Shown here in pieces: positions 1 to 7,806 of a stretch of 24,000 nt of DNA. How positions within the stretch are numbered: the stretch's first letter is position 1; each line of letters begins with the position of its first letter. This DNA comes from Thermoleophilaceae bacterium (GTDB taxonomy: Bacteria; Actinomycetota; Thermoleophilia; Solirubrobacterales; Thermoleophilaceae), in the NCBI GenBank assembly GCA_035639555.1, contig DASQXU010000259.1, positions 557 through 24,556 on the forward strand, given 5' to 3'. The notes under the pieces were generated by a model. It saw only the letters and a list, made by a program, of their open reading frames with translations, was not told where the DNA came from and did not search any database. Both the position numbers and the translations under genes were made by a program.

Positions 1-65
1 CGCCGCCGCGGCGGAGCTCACCGCCGGCCGAGCTCACGGGCGGGCGATCGAGCGGCTTGATGCGC

Positions 66-1352
66 TCAGGCAGCCGCGGGCAGCTCTGCGGAGGCGGTCG
101 CCGCGGTGATCGCCTCGGAGGTGACTCCGACGAGGTGCTCGAGCTCGGCCTCCGAGATCGCGAGCGGCGGCATCAGGACCACGACGTCGCCGAGCGGGCG
201 GATCACTACGCCGCGGTGGCGAGCTTCGAGGGTGACCCGGTGACCCATGGCGAGCTCCGGCGGGTAGTGGCGCAGCTCGATCCCGACCATGAACCCGCAG
301 CGGCGGACCTCGCTCACCGCCGGGTGGGCGGCGATCGGCTCGAGCAGCCGCCCGAGCAGCTCGATCTTCGGCTCCAGGCGCTCGAGGGTGTCCTCCTCGG
401 CGAACACGTCGAGGGTGGCCAGGGCGGCGGCGCAGGCCAGCGGGTTGCCGGTGTAGGTGTGTCCGTGGAAGAAGGTGCGCCGCTCCCGGGGCTCGCCGAG
501 GAATCCTTCGTAGACCCGCTCGGTGGTGAGCGTCGCGGCGAGCGGCAGGTAGCCACCGGTCAGTCCCTTGGCCAGGCACATGAGGTCGGGGGCGACCCCC
601 TCGTGCTCGCAGGCGAACATCCGCCCGGTGCGGCCGAAGCCGGTGGCGACCTCGTCGACGACCAGCAGGACGCCGTAGCGGTCGCACAGCTCGCGGACCT
701 CCCGGAGGTAGCCGGGCGGGTGCACGAGCATCCCCGCCGCGCCCTGGACCAGCGGCTCCATGACCACTGCGGCAACCCGGCGATGGTGCGCGGACAACAG
801 GCGCTGCATGTCGCCCGCATCACCCGGCCGGGCCTTGAGCGTGTCGAACAGCAGCGGCCGGTAGAGCGAGTGGAAGAGGTCGATGCCGCCGACCGACACC
901 GACCCGAGCGTGTCGCCGTGGTAGGCGTCCTCGAGCGCGATGAACCGTGTGCGCGGCTCGCCCCGCTGGTGCCAGTACTGGAACGCCATCTTGAGCGCGA
1001 TCTCGACCGCCGCCGAGCCCGACTCCGAGTAGAAGACCCGCCTGAGCCCGGGCGGCGAGAGCTCGATCAGCCGCCTTGCCAGCTCGATCCCCGGCGGGTG
1101 GCTCAGGCCGAGCATGGTGGAGTGGGCGACGCGCCCGAGCTGTCCGCGGACCGCGGCGTCGATGCGGGGTTGGCGGTGGCCGTGCACGTTGCACCAGAGC
1201 GAGGAGACCCCGTCGAGGTAGCGACGGCCGGCGGTGTCGATCAGCGTCGTGCCCTCCGCCCGCGCGACGATCAGCGGCTCCTCCGCGCACCAGCCGCGCT
1301 GCTGGGTGAACGGGTGCCAGAGGTATGCGCGGTCGGCGGCGACCAGGTCCAC
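66..1352 (-). CDS. bioA: adenosylmethionine-8-amino-7-oxononanoate aminotransferase (BioA)
   Basis: 428-aa ORF with a GTG start at 1352. Class-III PLP aminotransferase with BioA-type motifs: LWHPFTQ near the N-terminus, SLWCNVHGH, AYHGDT, MEPLVQGAAGM, and the PLP-lysine context CLAKGLTGGYLPL. Lies in a biotin-gene neighbourhood. Confidence 0.9.
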   Translation of the reverse strand: MDLVAADRAYLWHPFTQQRGWCAEEPLIVARAEGTTLIDTAGRRYLDGVSSLWCNVHGHRQPRIDAAVRGQLGRVAHSTMLGLSHPPGIELARRLIELSPPGLRRVFYSESGSAAVEIALKMAFQYWHQRGEPRTRFIALEDAYHGDTLGSVSVGGIDLFHSLYRPLLFDTLKARPGDAGDMQRLLSAHHRRVAAVVMEPLVQGAAGMLVHPPGYLREVRELCDRYGVLLVVDEVATGFGRTGRMFACEHEGVAPDLMCLAKGLTGGYLPLAATLTTERVYEGFLGEPRERRTFFHGHTYTGNPLACAAALATLDVFAEEDTLERLEPKIELLGRLLEPIAAHPAVSEVRRCGFMVGIELRHYPPELAMGHRVTLEARHRGVVIRPLGDVVVLMPPLAISEAELEHLVGVTSEAITAATASAELPAAA

Positions 1353-1363
1353 GGACGGCGACC

Positions 1364-2638
1364 CTAGCCGCCGGGGTGGTCGGAACCGACGGTCACGAGC
1401 ACGGCCTCGTGCGGCGCCAGGCCGGGCACGCGCACGTCCGCCCGGCCGTGGTCCACGTGCACCTCACCGGCGAACAGGAGCCGCGGCTCCGGCAGCGGCC
1501 GCTCACCTGCCGCGGGCAGCGCCTCGACGCGCACGGGCGCGTCGCCGTCCGGAAGGCCACGCAGCGCGAGATCGAGGTCGAGCCCGCCCGTCTGGCCGCG
1601 GGCCGCCCGCCCAAGGAGGACACGGGCCGGAGAGCCGCCACTAGCGAGGGCGGCCACCCGTCCATCGGAGGCGCTTGCGCCCACCCTCGCCTCGGCCGGG
1701 GTGGCGGCGTACCAGCGGTAGGCCCACCAGGCGGCTCGCGGTACGCCGGCGCGGGTCAACACCCCGTCGAGGGTGTCCGCGCCGCAGTTCGAGCGGCCGC
1801 GCGAGTCCGGCCAGCACGCGCGGGCCGCCGCGTCGGCCCCGCCCGCCTCGATCGCCGCGAGGTAGCCGACGATCTCGCCCGGCAGGTACTGGTCGGCCTC
1901 GCCCACCGACTCGTTCACCTCGACCGGACGGCCCAGCCGGCGGGCGGCGCGCAGGTCTGCGGTGATGCTCGCGATCGGCTCCGGCGGGCGCGGGTTCGCG
2001 TGCCAGGAGAGGAACTCGGCGCCGCAGCAGCGAAGCAGAGCGGTGAGCCAGGCCGGCCTGAACCCGGCGGTGCTCGGGCCGCCGATCTGCGCCCCCGGTC
2101 CGAGCTCCTGTCTCAGCGCCCGTCGGGCGACCGCGTAGACGCGCAGGAACCGGCGCAGGCCGCCGCCGAACGACTCCGGTCGATTGGGCTCGTTCCAGAC
2201 GTCCCAGAGCAGCGGCCGGCCGCGCTGCGAGCGGGCCACCTGGCGCACGAGTCCGGCCCAGCGACCGAGGTCTCGCCAGGGCGGCCCGTGGCCCCGCCAG
2301 CCGTCCTTGGGATAGCCCCAGAAGTCGCTCAGCACGACCTCGTAGCGGGCGCCGAGGGCGAGCGCCCGCCGCACCGGCGCCCGCAGGAGGTCGCTGCGCC
2401 AAAGGCGCGGGCGCAGCGGCGCCACGAGCCGGTCGGGAGGATCGGTCGGGGTAAGCGCGTGGAGGAAGCCGCTCGCCGAGTGCCTACCCGGAAGCGGCCG
2501 GTCGAGCTGCACGCTGACGGTGACGTCCGCGGGCGGCGGCGGTCGGGTCTTGCCGCCCCCGCAGCTCGCGAGCAGCGCGAGCGCCAGAATAGGAAGGAGC
2601 CCACGCGGATATCGACGGCGTGAAGGGAGGAGCGGCAT
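1364..2638 (-). CDS. exported lipoprotein, putative clan GH-A (TIM-barrel) glycoside hydrolase with C-terminal beta-sandwich-like region
   Basis: Track ORF 1364-2656. The N-terminus MPLLPSRRRYPRGLLPILALALLAS-C-GGG has a basic n-region, a hydrophobic core and a lipobox Cys. WDVWNEPN matches the NEP acid/base motif of GH-A enzymes, and VEVNESVG follows later. ATG at 2638 is preferred and GTG at 2656 is possible. The stop lies 11 nt upstream of the bioA start. The family assignment is only motif-level. Confidence 0.6.
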   Translation of the reverse strand: MPLLPSRRRYPRGLLPILALALLASCGGGKTRPPPPADVTVSVQLDRPLPGRHSASGFLHALTPTDPPDRLVAPLRPRLWRSDLLRAPVRRALALGARYEVVLSDFWGYPKDGWRGHGPPWRDLGRWAGLVRQVARSQRGRPLLWDVWNEPNRPESFGGGLRRFLRVYAVARRALRQELGPGAQIGGPSTAGFRPAWLTALLRCCGAEFLSWHANPRPPEPIASITADLRAARRLGRPVEVNESVGEADQYLPGEIVGYLAAIEAGGADAAARACWPDSRGRSNCGADTLDGVLTRAGVPRAAWWAYRWYAATPAEARVGASASDGRVAALASGGSPARVLLGRAARGQTGGLDLDLALRGLPDGDAPVRVEALPAAGERPLPEPRLLFAGEVHVDHGRADVRVPGLAPHEAVLVTVGSDHPGG

Positions 2639-4265
2639 GAGCTTCAGGAAGTACACCCTCGGAAGCTATGAGGAGATGTGCGCGCAGCATCGCTGGGAAG
2701 TGCCCGAGCGCTACAACATCGCGCGGGACGTCTGCGACAAGCACGAGCGCGACCGGCTCGCCATGGTCTGGGAGGACTGGCGCGGGAACGAGCGCCGGGT
2801 GACGTTCGGCGAGCTCCAGGACGTGTCGAGCAAGTTCGCGCACGCCCTCGAGGCCCAGGGGGTCGAGCGCGGCGACCGGGTGGCCACCCTGCTCCCGTCG
2901 CTGCCGGAGACCGCCGCCGTCTTCCTCGGCATCTACAAGCGCGGGGCGATCTTGCTGGCGATGTCGATCCTGTACGGCGACGAGGGGATCGAGTACCGCC
3001 TGCGTGACTCCGGCGCGAAGGCGGTGGTTACGGACGCCCAGAACCGCCACCGGATCCCCGACGGGCTGGTGGAGAAGGTGTTCGTCATGGGCGGCGCCGA
3101 CGAGGCGGAGGACGTCGACTTCGACGACGCGCTGAGCAAGGCGTCCCCCTCCTACGAGGTGGTCGACACCGCGGCCGAGGACCCGGCCCAGCTCTACTAC
3201 TCGAGCGGCACCACCGGGACGGCCAAGGGCATCCTCCACGCCCACCGCTACATGCTGGCCCACGAGGAGTTCGAGTTCTGCCATGACGTGCGGGACGGCG
3301 AGCTCTTCCACGGCTCGGGCGAGTGGGCCTGGGCGGCCGGCATCTGCCCGCTGCTCGGGCCGTGGCGCTATGGGGCGGTCGCCCTCGTCTACGCCCGCAA
3401 GGGCGGTTACGACCCCGAGGAGCACTTGCGCTTCCTCTCGAAGCACGGCGTGGAGAACATCTTCACCACGCCGACGGCGCTACGGGCGATGACCGGCGTC
3501 CGCGACGCCGGCAAGCGCTACCCGCTCGAGCGGCTGCGGATCACCTGCTCGGCGGGCGAGCCGCTCAACCCCGAGGTGATCCGCTGGTTCCGGGAGCAGT
3601 ACGGGATCACCGTGCTCGACTACTACGGCCTGACCGAGAGCTATCCGCTCTGCGGCAACTTCCCGACCGTCGAGGTCCGGGAGGGCTCGATGGGCAAGCC
3701 GGTGCCGGGCTGGGAGGTGGCGGTGCTCGACGAGGAGGAGAAGCCGCTGCCCCAAGGGGAGCGCGGCGAGATCTGCCTCAAGGCGCGCTCGAACCCGCAC
3801 TACCCGCTCGGCTACTGGAACCGGCCGGAAGACACCGAAGAGGTGTTCGGCGGAGAGTGGTTCCACACGAAGGACGCCGCCGCGGTCGACGAGGACGGCT
3901 ACTTCTGGTATTCCGGCCGCGCGGACGACGTGATCATCTCGGCCGGCTACCGAATCGGCCCGTTCGAGGTCGAGTCGGCGTGCGTGGAGCACCCCGCGGT
4001 GCTCGAGGCGGCGGCGGTGGCGTCGCCTGATCCGCAGCGCGGCAACATCGTCAAGGCGTTCATCGTCCTCTCCGAGGGACACGAGCCGAGCGACCAGGTG
4101 GCCGCGGAGATCAAGAGCTTCGTCCGCGAGCACCACTCGGCTTACGCCTACCCGCGGGAGATCGAGTTCGTGGACGACCTCCCGAAGACCCTGACCGGCA
4201 AGATCCGGCGCGTCGAGCTCCGGGAGCAGGAGCGCCAACGCAAGGAGGAGGCGGCGCAGGTCTAG
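2637..4265 (+). CDS. AMP-forming acyl-CoA synthetase (medium-chain/ACSM-like adenylate-forming enzyme)
   Basis: Track ORF starts at 2520, but ATG 2637 is preceded by the SD GGGAGGAG (2625-2632). Motifs present: YSSGTTGTAKG (AMP-binding), YGLTES, GYRIGPFEVES and LPKTLTGKIRR (C-terminal catalytic Lys). Substrate is not inferable from sequence alone. Confidence 0.85.
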   Translation: MSFRKYTLGSYEEMCAQHRWEVPERYNIARDVCDKHERDRLAMVWEDWRGNERRVTFGELQDVSSKFAHALEAQGVERGDRVATLLPSLPETAAVFLGIYKRGAILLAMSILYGDEGIEYRLRDSGAKAVVTDAQNRHRIPDGLVEKVFVMGGADEAEDVDFDDALSKASPSYEVVDTAAEDPAQLYYSSGTTGTAKGILHAHRYMLAHEEFEFCHDVRDGELFHGSGEWAWAAGICPLLGPWRYGAVALVYARKGGYDPEEHLRFLSKHGVENIFTTPTALRAMTGVRDAGKRYPLERLRITCSAGEPLNPEVIRWFREQYGITVLDYYGLTESYPLCGNFPTVEVREGSMGKPVPGWEVAVLDEEEKPLPQGERGEICLKARSNPHYPLGYWNRPEDTEEVFGGEWFHTKDAAAVDEDGYFWYSGRADDVIISAGYRIGPFEVESACVEHPAVLEAAAVASPDPQRGNIVKAFIVLSEGHEPSDQVAAEIKSFVREHHSAYAYPREIEFVDDLPKTLTGKIRRVELREQERQRKEEAAQV

Positions 4266-5851
4266 CTCGAACCGAGCGGGCGGAGCGCCGTCCGCCCCGA
4301 CCGTCGCCCGATGGCGAGCACCTCGACCCGGTTGGCGCCCGCCCGCAGGGCGCTCTCCGGCACGAGGACCGACGCCCACTCGGCGGGCGTCTCCGCCAGC
4401 TGCACCGTCACCCCGGTCCCGACGATCCGCCCGTTCACCGCCACCGCCACCGGGTGGCCACGGCCCGGCGGCCGGCCGACAACCCGCCCCTGCACATGGC
4501 AGGGGACGTAGCCGGAGGCAGGTCGAACCGCCCTCAGGTCGCGGCGCAGGAAGAGGTGCACCCGGACGCGCCCCGGACGCAGGAGGCGAAAGGCGGACAG
4601 CGGCTTGCCGACCAGCTCGCGGTGCGGCCCGATCGCGAACAGGCCGGGTCCGCGATCGCCGGAGCCGAACAGGCGCAGCTTCCGCGCGAGGGCGCGCGCC
4701 CTTCTGCGGGCGAGCCAGGCCGCGTCGACGACGTAGCGGCCGCCGACCGTGCCGAGCGCCGTCCCGATCCGGTGGTACACAGTCACCCGGGCGTGCCGCC
4801 CGGTCGGCCGCCGCCCCACCGGCATACCGTCCATCCGCCACCGCGGTCGCAGGTGGGCGAAGCGAGCGATGGTCGGGACCACGTCGACCGTCTCCACGTG
4901 CCGGTCGTCGATCCGGCCCCGGCGTTGCAGCGGCGCCTTCACGATCAGCGGCACCGGCGCTAGGTCCTGGATGTTGGCCAGAGTCACCGCGCGCCGGTTC
5001 GCTCCGCGGTGAAAGCCGATCCCGTGGTCGGCGGTGACCACGATCAGCGACTGCTCGTAGAGGCCGGTGCGGCGCAGGCGACGCAGCAGCTCGCCGAGCA
5101 GCCGATCGGCGAGCCCCGTCTGGAGCAGGTGGCGCTGGTAGGACTGGCGAACCAGGAACGGGTCGTTGAATCCGAGGTCGCTGTTCAGGCCCGGGATCAC
5201 CTCGGAGACGTGACGTCGGTACTGGTGCCCGGAGGGGAGGAACTCCCACGGAACGTGGGGCAGCAGCGTGTGCTTGAAGTAGAGCGTCGGGCCCGGGCGG
5301 GGTCGGATCGAGCGCACGTACGCCCGGAACCGCGCCGGGCGCTTCGAGCCGAGGTTGTGGAACGTGCGGTTCCCGATGGTGCGGGCGGCGGCGCGGGCCT
5401 GCGCCGGGCACAGCCGCGGCGGGCATAGGAGGGTGGCGTCCTCGGATACGTCGAGGCGGTAGCGGCCGCCGAACAGCGTGAACAGATTGTCGGGGTGGCC
5501 GGTGTAGTCGTGGGGCAGGACGCTTCGCGGGTAGCGGCCGTCGAGGATGGCGGGCACCGCGAGCGTGGTGCTGTCGTGCACCCCCGTCGCCCCGCGGTAC
5601 CAGGTGGCACCGCCCGCGAGCGACGCGAAGCTCGGATAGCGACGGCGGTCGATGCGTCCTCGCTCGTCCATCAGCGAGGTGAGCGGCAGCTCATCGAACA
5701 CCACGAGCACGACGGTCGGATGGCGCGGGGCGACCGTGCGCAGGTCCGGTACGGAGCGCCGGTCGAGCCGGGGGCTACCGGCGGAGGCCGCGACGAGGGC
5801 GAGCACGGCACAGGCGGCCGCTGTCCCGATGAGCGCTCGCGCGGTCAGCAC
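4262..5851 (-). CDS. exported alkaline-phosphatase-superfamily (sulfatase/phosphotransferase-like) protein
   Basis: 529-aa ORF with a GTG start. Signal-peptide-like N-terminus (ALIGTAAACAVLALVAASAG). VVVFDELP and IVVTADHG match the metal-ligand motifs of the sulfatase/alkaline-phosphatase fold, and HDSTTLAVP is a candidate nucleophile region. A C-terminal ~150 aa extra domain is present. The gene starts 22 nt after the bioD stop. Confidence 0.6.
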   Translation of the reverse strand: MLTARALIGTAAACAVLALVAASAGSPRLDRRSVPDLRTVAPRHPTVVLVVFDELPLTSLMDERGRIDRRRYPSFASLAGGATWYRGATGVHDSTTLAVPAILDGRYPRSVLPHDYTGHPDNLFTLFGGRYRLDVSEDATLLCPPRLCPAQARAAARTIGNRTFHNLGSKRPARFRAYVRSIRPRPGPTLYFKHTLLPHVPWEFLPSGHQYRRHVSEVIPGLNSDLGFNDPFLVRQSYQRHLLQTGLADRLLGELLRRLRRTGLYEQSLIVVTADHGIGFHRGANRRAVTLANIQDLAPVPLIVKAPLQRRGRIDDRHVETVDVVPTIARFAHLRPRWRMDGMPVGRRPTGRHARVTVYHRIGTALGTVGGRYVVDAAWLARRRARALARKLRLFGSGDRGPGLFAIGPHRELVGKPLSAFRLLRPGRVRVHLFLRRDLRAVRPASGYVPCHVQGRVVGRPPGRGHPVAVAVNGRIVGTGVTVQLAETPAEWASVLVPESALRAGANRVEVLAIGRRSGRTALRPLGSS

Positions 5852-5873
5852 GGCCGGGAGTGTGGCGCGGCCG

Positions 5874-6575
5874 CTAGGCGGCCCGCGTCGCGGTGGCCGG
5901 CGAGCCCAGCCAGTCGTCGAGGGGCAGCGTGGCGCCCGCTGCCGCCAGCGAGCCCGGATCGGTAGGGGGCAGGCCGGCCACCGGCACCCGGGCCAGCCGT
6001 TCGACGGTCGCGCGGTTGGAGCGCTCGACCGGTGAAGGCGCCTCGGGCCACGGGGTCATCACGACACCGACCAGCCCCAGCCCGACCACCCGCGCGGCCT
6101 CCACCGTCAGCAGCGTGTGGCTGATCGTCCCCAGGCCGGCACGAGCGGCGACGAGCACGTTCAGCCCGAGCTCGACCGCGAGATCCCGGACCAGGTAGCG
6201 GCCGCTCAGGGGCACGAGCAGGCCGCCGACTCCCTCGCACACGACGGCGTCGGCGCCGCGGCCGAGCGCCCGAGCCGCGTTCGCGATCGCCCGGGGCTCG
6301 AGCTCGACCCCGGAGAGCTCGGCGGCGAGATGCGGCGAGGCCGGCGGTCCGAAGCGCCAGGGCGCGACCTCCTCCGGCGACTGTCCCGCGCTCGCCGCAC
6401 GAGCGAGCAGCTCGTGGTCGCGCGGCCAGGAGCCGGGTGGCTCGTCGAGGCCGGTCAGCGCCGGCTTGAACGCCGCGACCCGCTCGCCACGCGCGGCGAG
6501 GGCCGCGCACACCGCCCCGGCGACAACGGTCTTTCCGGCGCCGGTGTCGGTGCCGGTGACGAACAGCCCCCGCAA
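5874..6575 (-). CDS. bioD: dethiobiotin synthetase (BioD)
   Basis: 233 aa with a TTG start. The N-terminal P-loop LFVTGTDTGAGKT is typical of BioD. Only 7 nt separate it from the bioF stop. Confidence 0.9.
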   Translation of the reverse strand: MRGLFVTGTDTGAGKTVVAGAVCAALAARGERVAAFKPALTGLDEPPGSWPRDHELLARAASAGQSPEEVAPWRFGPPASPHLAAELSGVELEPRAIANAARALGRGADAVVCEGVGGLLVPLSGRYLVRDLAVELGLNVLVAARAGLGTISHTLLTVEAARVVGLGLVGVVMTPWPEAPSPVERSNRATVERLARVPVAGLPPTDPGSLAAAGATLPLDDWLGSPATATRAA

Positions 6576-6582
6576 ACGCGCG

Positions 6583-7806
6583 CTACGCCGCGTCTGCCAG
6601 CCCGTCGAACACCCGGGCCGCGCCAGCGCTCGCCGCCGGGGCCGGCCGACGAGCGGCCTCGGGCACGACCGAGGCCACGGCCCGCGCGACCTCCCGAAGC
6701 TCGCGTGCCGTGTGGGAGGCCATGGCCGCCAGCCGAAGCCGGGAGCTCCCCGCCGGCACGGTGGGCGGGCGGATTGCCTGGGCGAAGATCCCCTGCTCGA
6801 GCAGCCGCTCGCTGGCGGCCACCGCGGCCTCAGGGTCGCCGATCACCACGGGGACGATGTGGGTCTCCGAGGGATCGGTGGGCACGCCGTCCGCCTGAAG
6901 CGCGGCCCTGAGCACCTCCCCGTTCCGCTGAAGGCGCTCCACCCGGTGGGGCTGCGCTCGCAGGAGCTCGAGCGCGGCGAGCGCCGCCGCCGCCGAGGGC
7001 GGTGGCAGCGCGGTGGAGAAGATCAGCGTGCGCGCGGTGTTGACCAGGTACTTGGCGATCGCCCCCTCGCAGCACACGTAGGCGCCGTAGGAGCCGAGCG
7101 CCTTGCCGAGCGTCCCGAGGACGAGTTCGACCTCGCCCTCGAGCCCGGCGTCGGCCACCGAGCCCCGGCCGCCCGGGCCGACGGCGCCGGTGGCGTGCGC
7201 CTCGTCGACCATCACCCGCGCGTCGAAGCGCTGCGCGAGCTCGACGATCTCCTCCAGCGGCGCGAGGTCCCCGTCCATCGAGAAGACGCCGTCGGTCACG
7301 ATCAGGCTGCCGCGGCCGCCGGCCCGGCGAAGCCCCGACTCGAGCTGCTCGACGTCGCCGTGCTCGTAGATGAACGTCTCGGCCCGGGCCAGGCGGCACC
7401 CGTCGACGATGCTCGCGTGGTTGAGGCGGTCGGAGAACACGACGTCGCCCTCGCGGGCGAGCGCCGAGACCACCCCGACGTTCGCCAAGTACCCCGAGCC
7501 GAACAGGAGGCATGCCTCCGAGCGCTTGAACTCGGCGAGCTGCTCCTCGAGCCGCCGGTGGATCGTCATGTTGCCCGAGACGAGCCGCGATGCCCCGGCG
7601 CCGGCCCCGTAGCGCATCGCGGCCTCGGCGGCGGCCTCCCGCACCTGGGGATGGTCGGCCAGCCCCAGGTAGTTGTTCGAGCAGAGCAGGAGGACCGGCC
7701 GCCCGTCGAGCAAGACCCGGGGGCCCTGCGGCCCCGAGACGACGCGCATCCGCCGGTAGAGCCCCCGACCGCGGATATCCCGCAGCCGCTCCTCGATCTC
7801 GTTCAT
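6583..7806 (-). CDS. bioF: 8-amino-7-oxononanoate synthase (BioF)
   Basis: Alpha-oxoamine synthase motifs: CSNNYLGL, GSGYLAN, DEAHATG and the PLP-lysine context GTLGKALG. The ATG at 7806 shares its A with the bioB TGA (TGATG coupling) and follows GGGGGGA. The track ORF uses an alternative GTG at 7818. Confidence 0.9.
   Translation of the reverse strand: MNEIEERLRDIRGRGLYRRMRVVSGPQGPRVLLDGRPVLLLCSNNYLGLADHPQVREAAAEAAMRYGAGAGASRLVSGNMTIHRRLEEQLAEFKRSEACLLFGSGYLANVGVVSALAREGDVVFSDRLNHASIVDGCRLARAETFIYEHGDVEQLESGLRRAGGRGSLIVTDGVFSMDGDLAPLEEIVELAQRFDARVMVDEAHATGAVGPGGRGSVADAGLEGEVELVLGTLGKALGSYGAYVCCEGAIAKYLVNTARTLIFSTALPPPSAAAALAALELLRAQPHRVERLQRNGEVLRAALQADGVPTDPSETHIVPVVIGDPEAAVAASERLLEQGIFAQAIRPPTVPAGSSRLRLAAMASHTARELREVARAVASVVPEAARRPAPAASAGAARVFDGLADAA

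Noticed and set aside
2520-2636. N-terminal extensions proposed by the ORF track: acyl-CoA synthetase from 2520, PfpI from 11041, csoR from 18690, the biotinyl protein from 10574, FAH from 12892, and hmgA from TTG 14424.
   Set aside because: The extensions read as junk and overlap neighbouring genes. Internal starts have proper SD spacing or leaderless geometry. The conserved family sequence begins only after the internal start.
4262-4265. Convergent acyl-CoA synthetase and phosphatase-superfamily genes share their stop codons in a CTAG palindrome.
   Set aside because: It is real in the sequence. However, tail-to-tail stop overlap is common in compact high-G+C genomes and needs no special explanation. 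No terminator structure is implied.
3480-5426. Very long alternate-frame and antisense ORFs. Examples: 3480-5426 (-) 648 aa, 6466-8517 (+) 683 aa, 7590-9464 (+) 624 aa, 20128-21867 (-) 579 aa, 57-1367 (+), 1325-2623 (+), 2484-3446 (-), 9455-9961 (+).
   Set aside because: Their products are Arg/Pro/Gly/Ala-rich low-complexity strings with no recognisable motifs. They lie opposite, or out of frame with, genes that carry clear family signatures. Stop codons are rare in any frame at this G+C content. I treat them as compositional artefacts, not overlapping genes.
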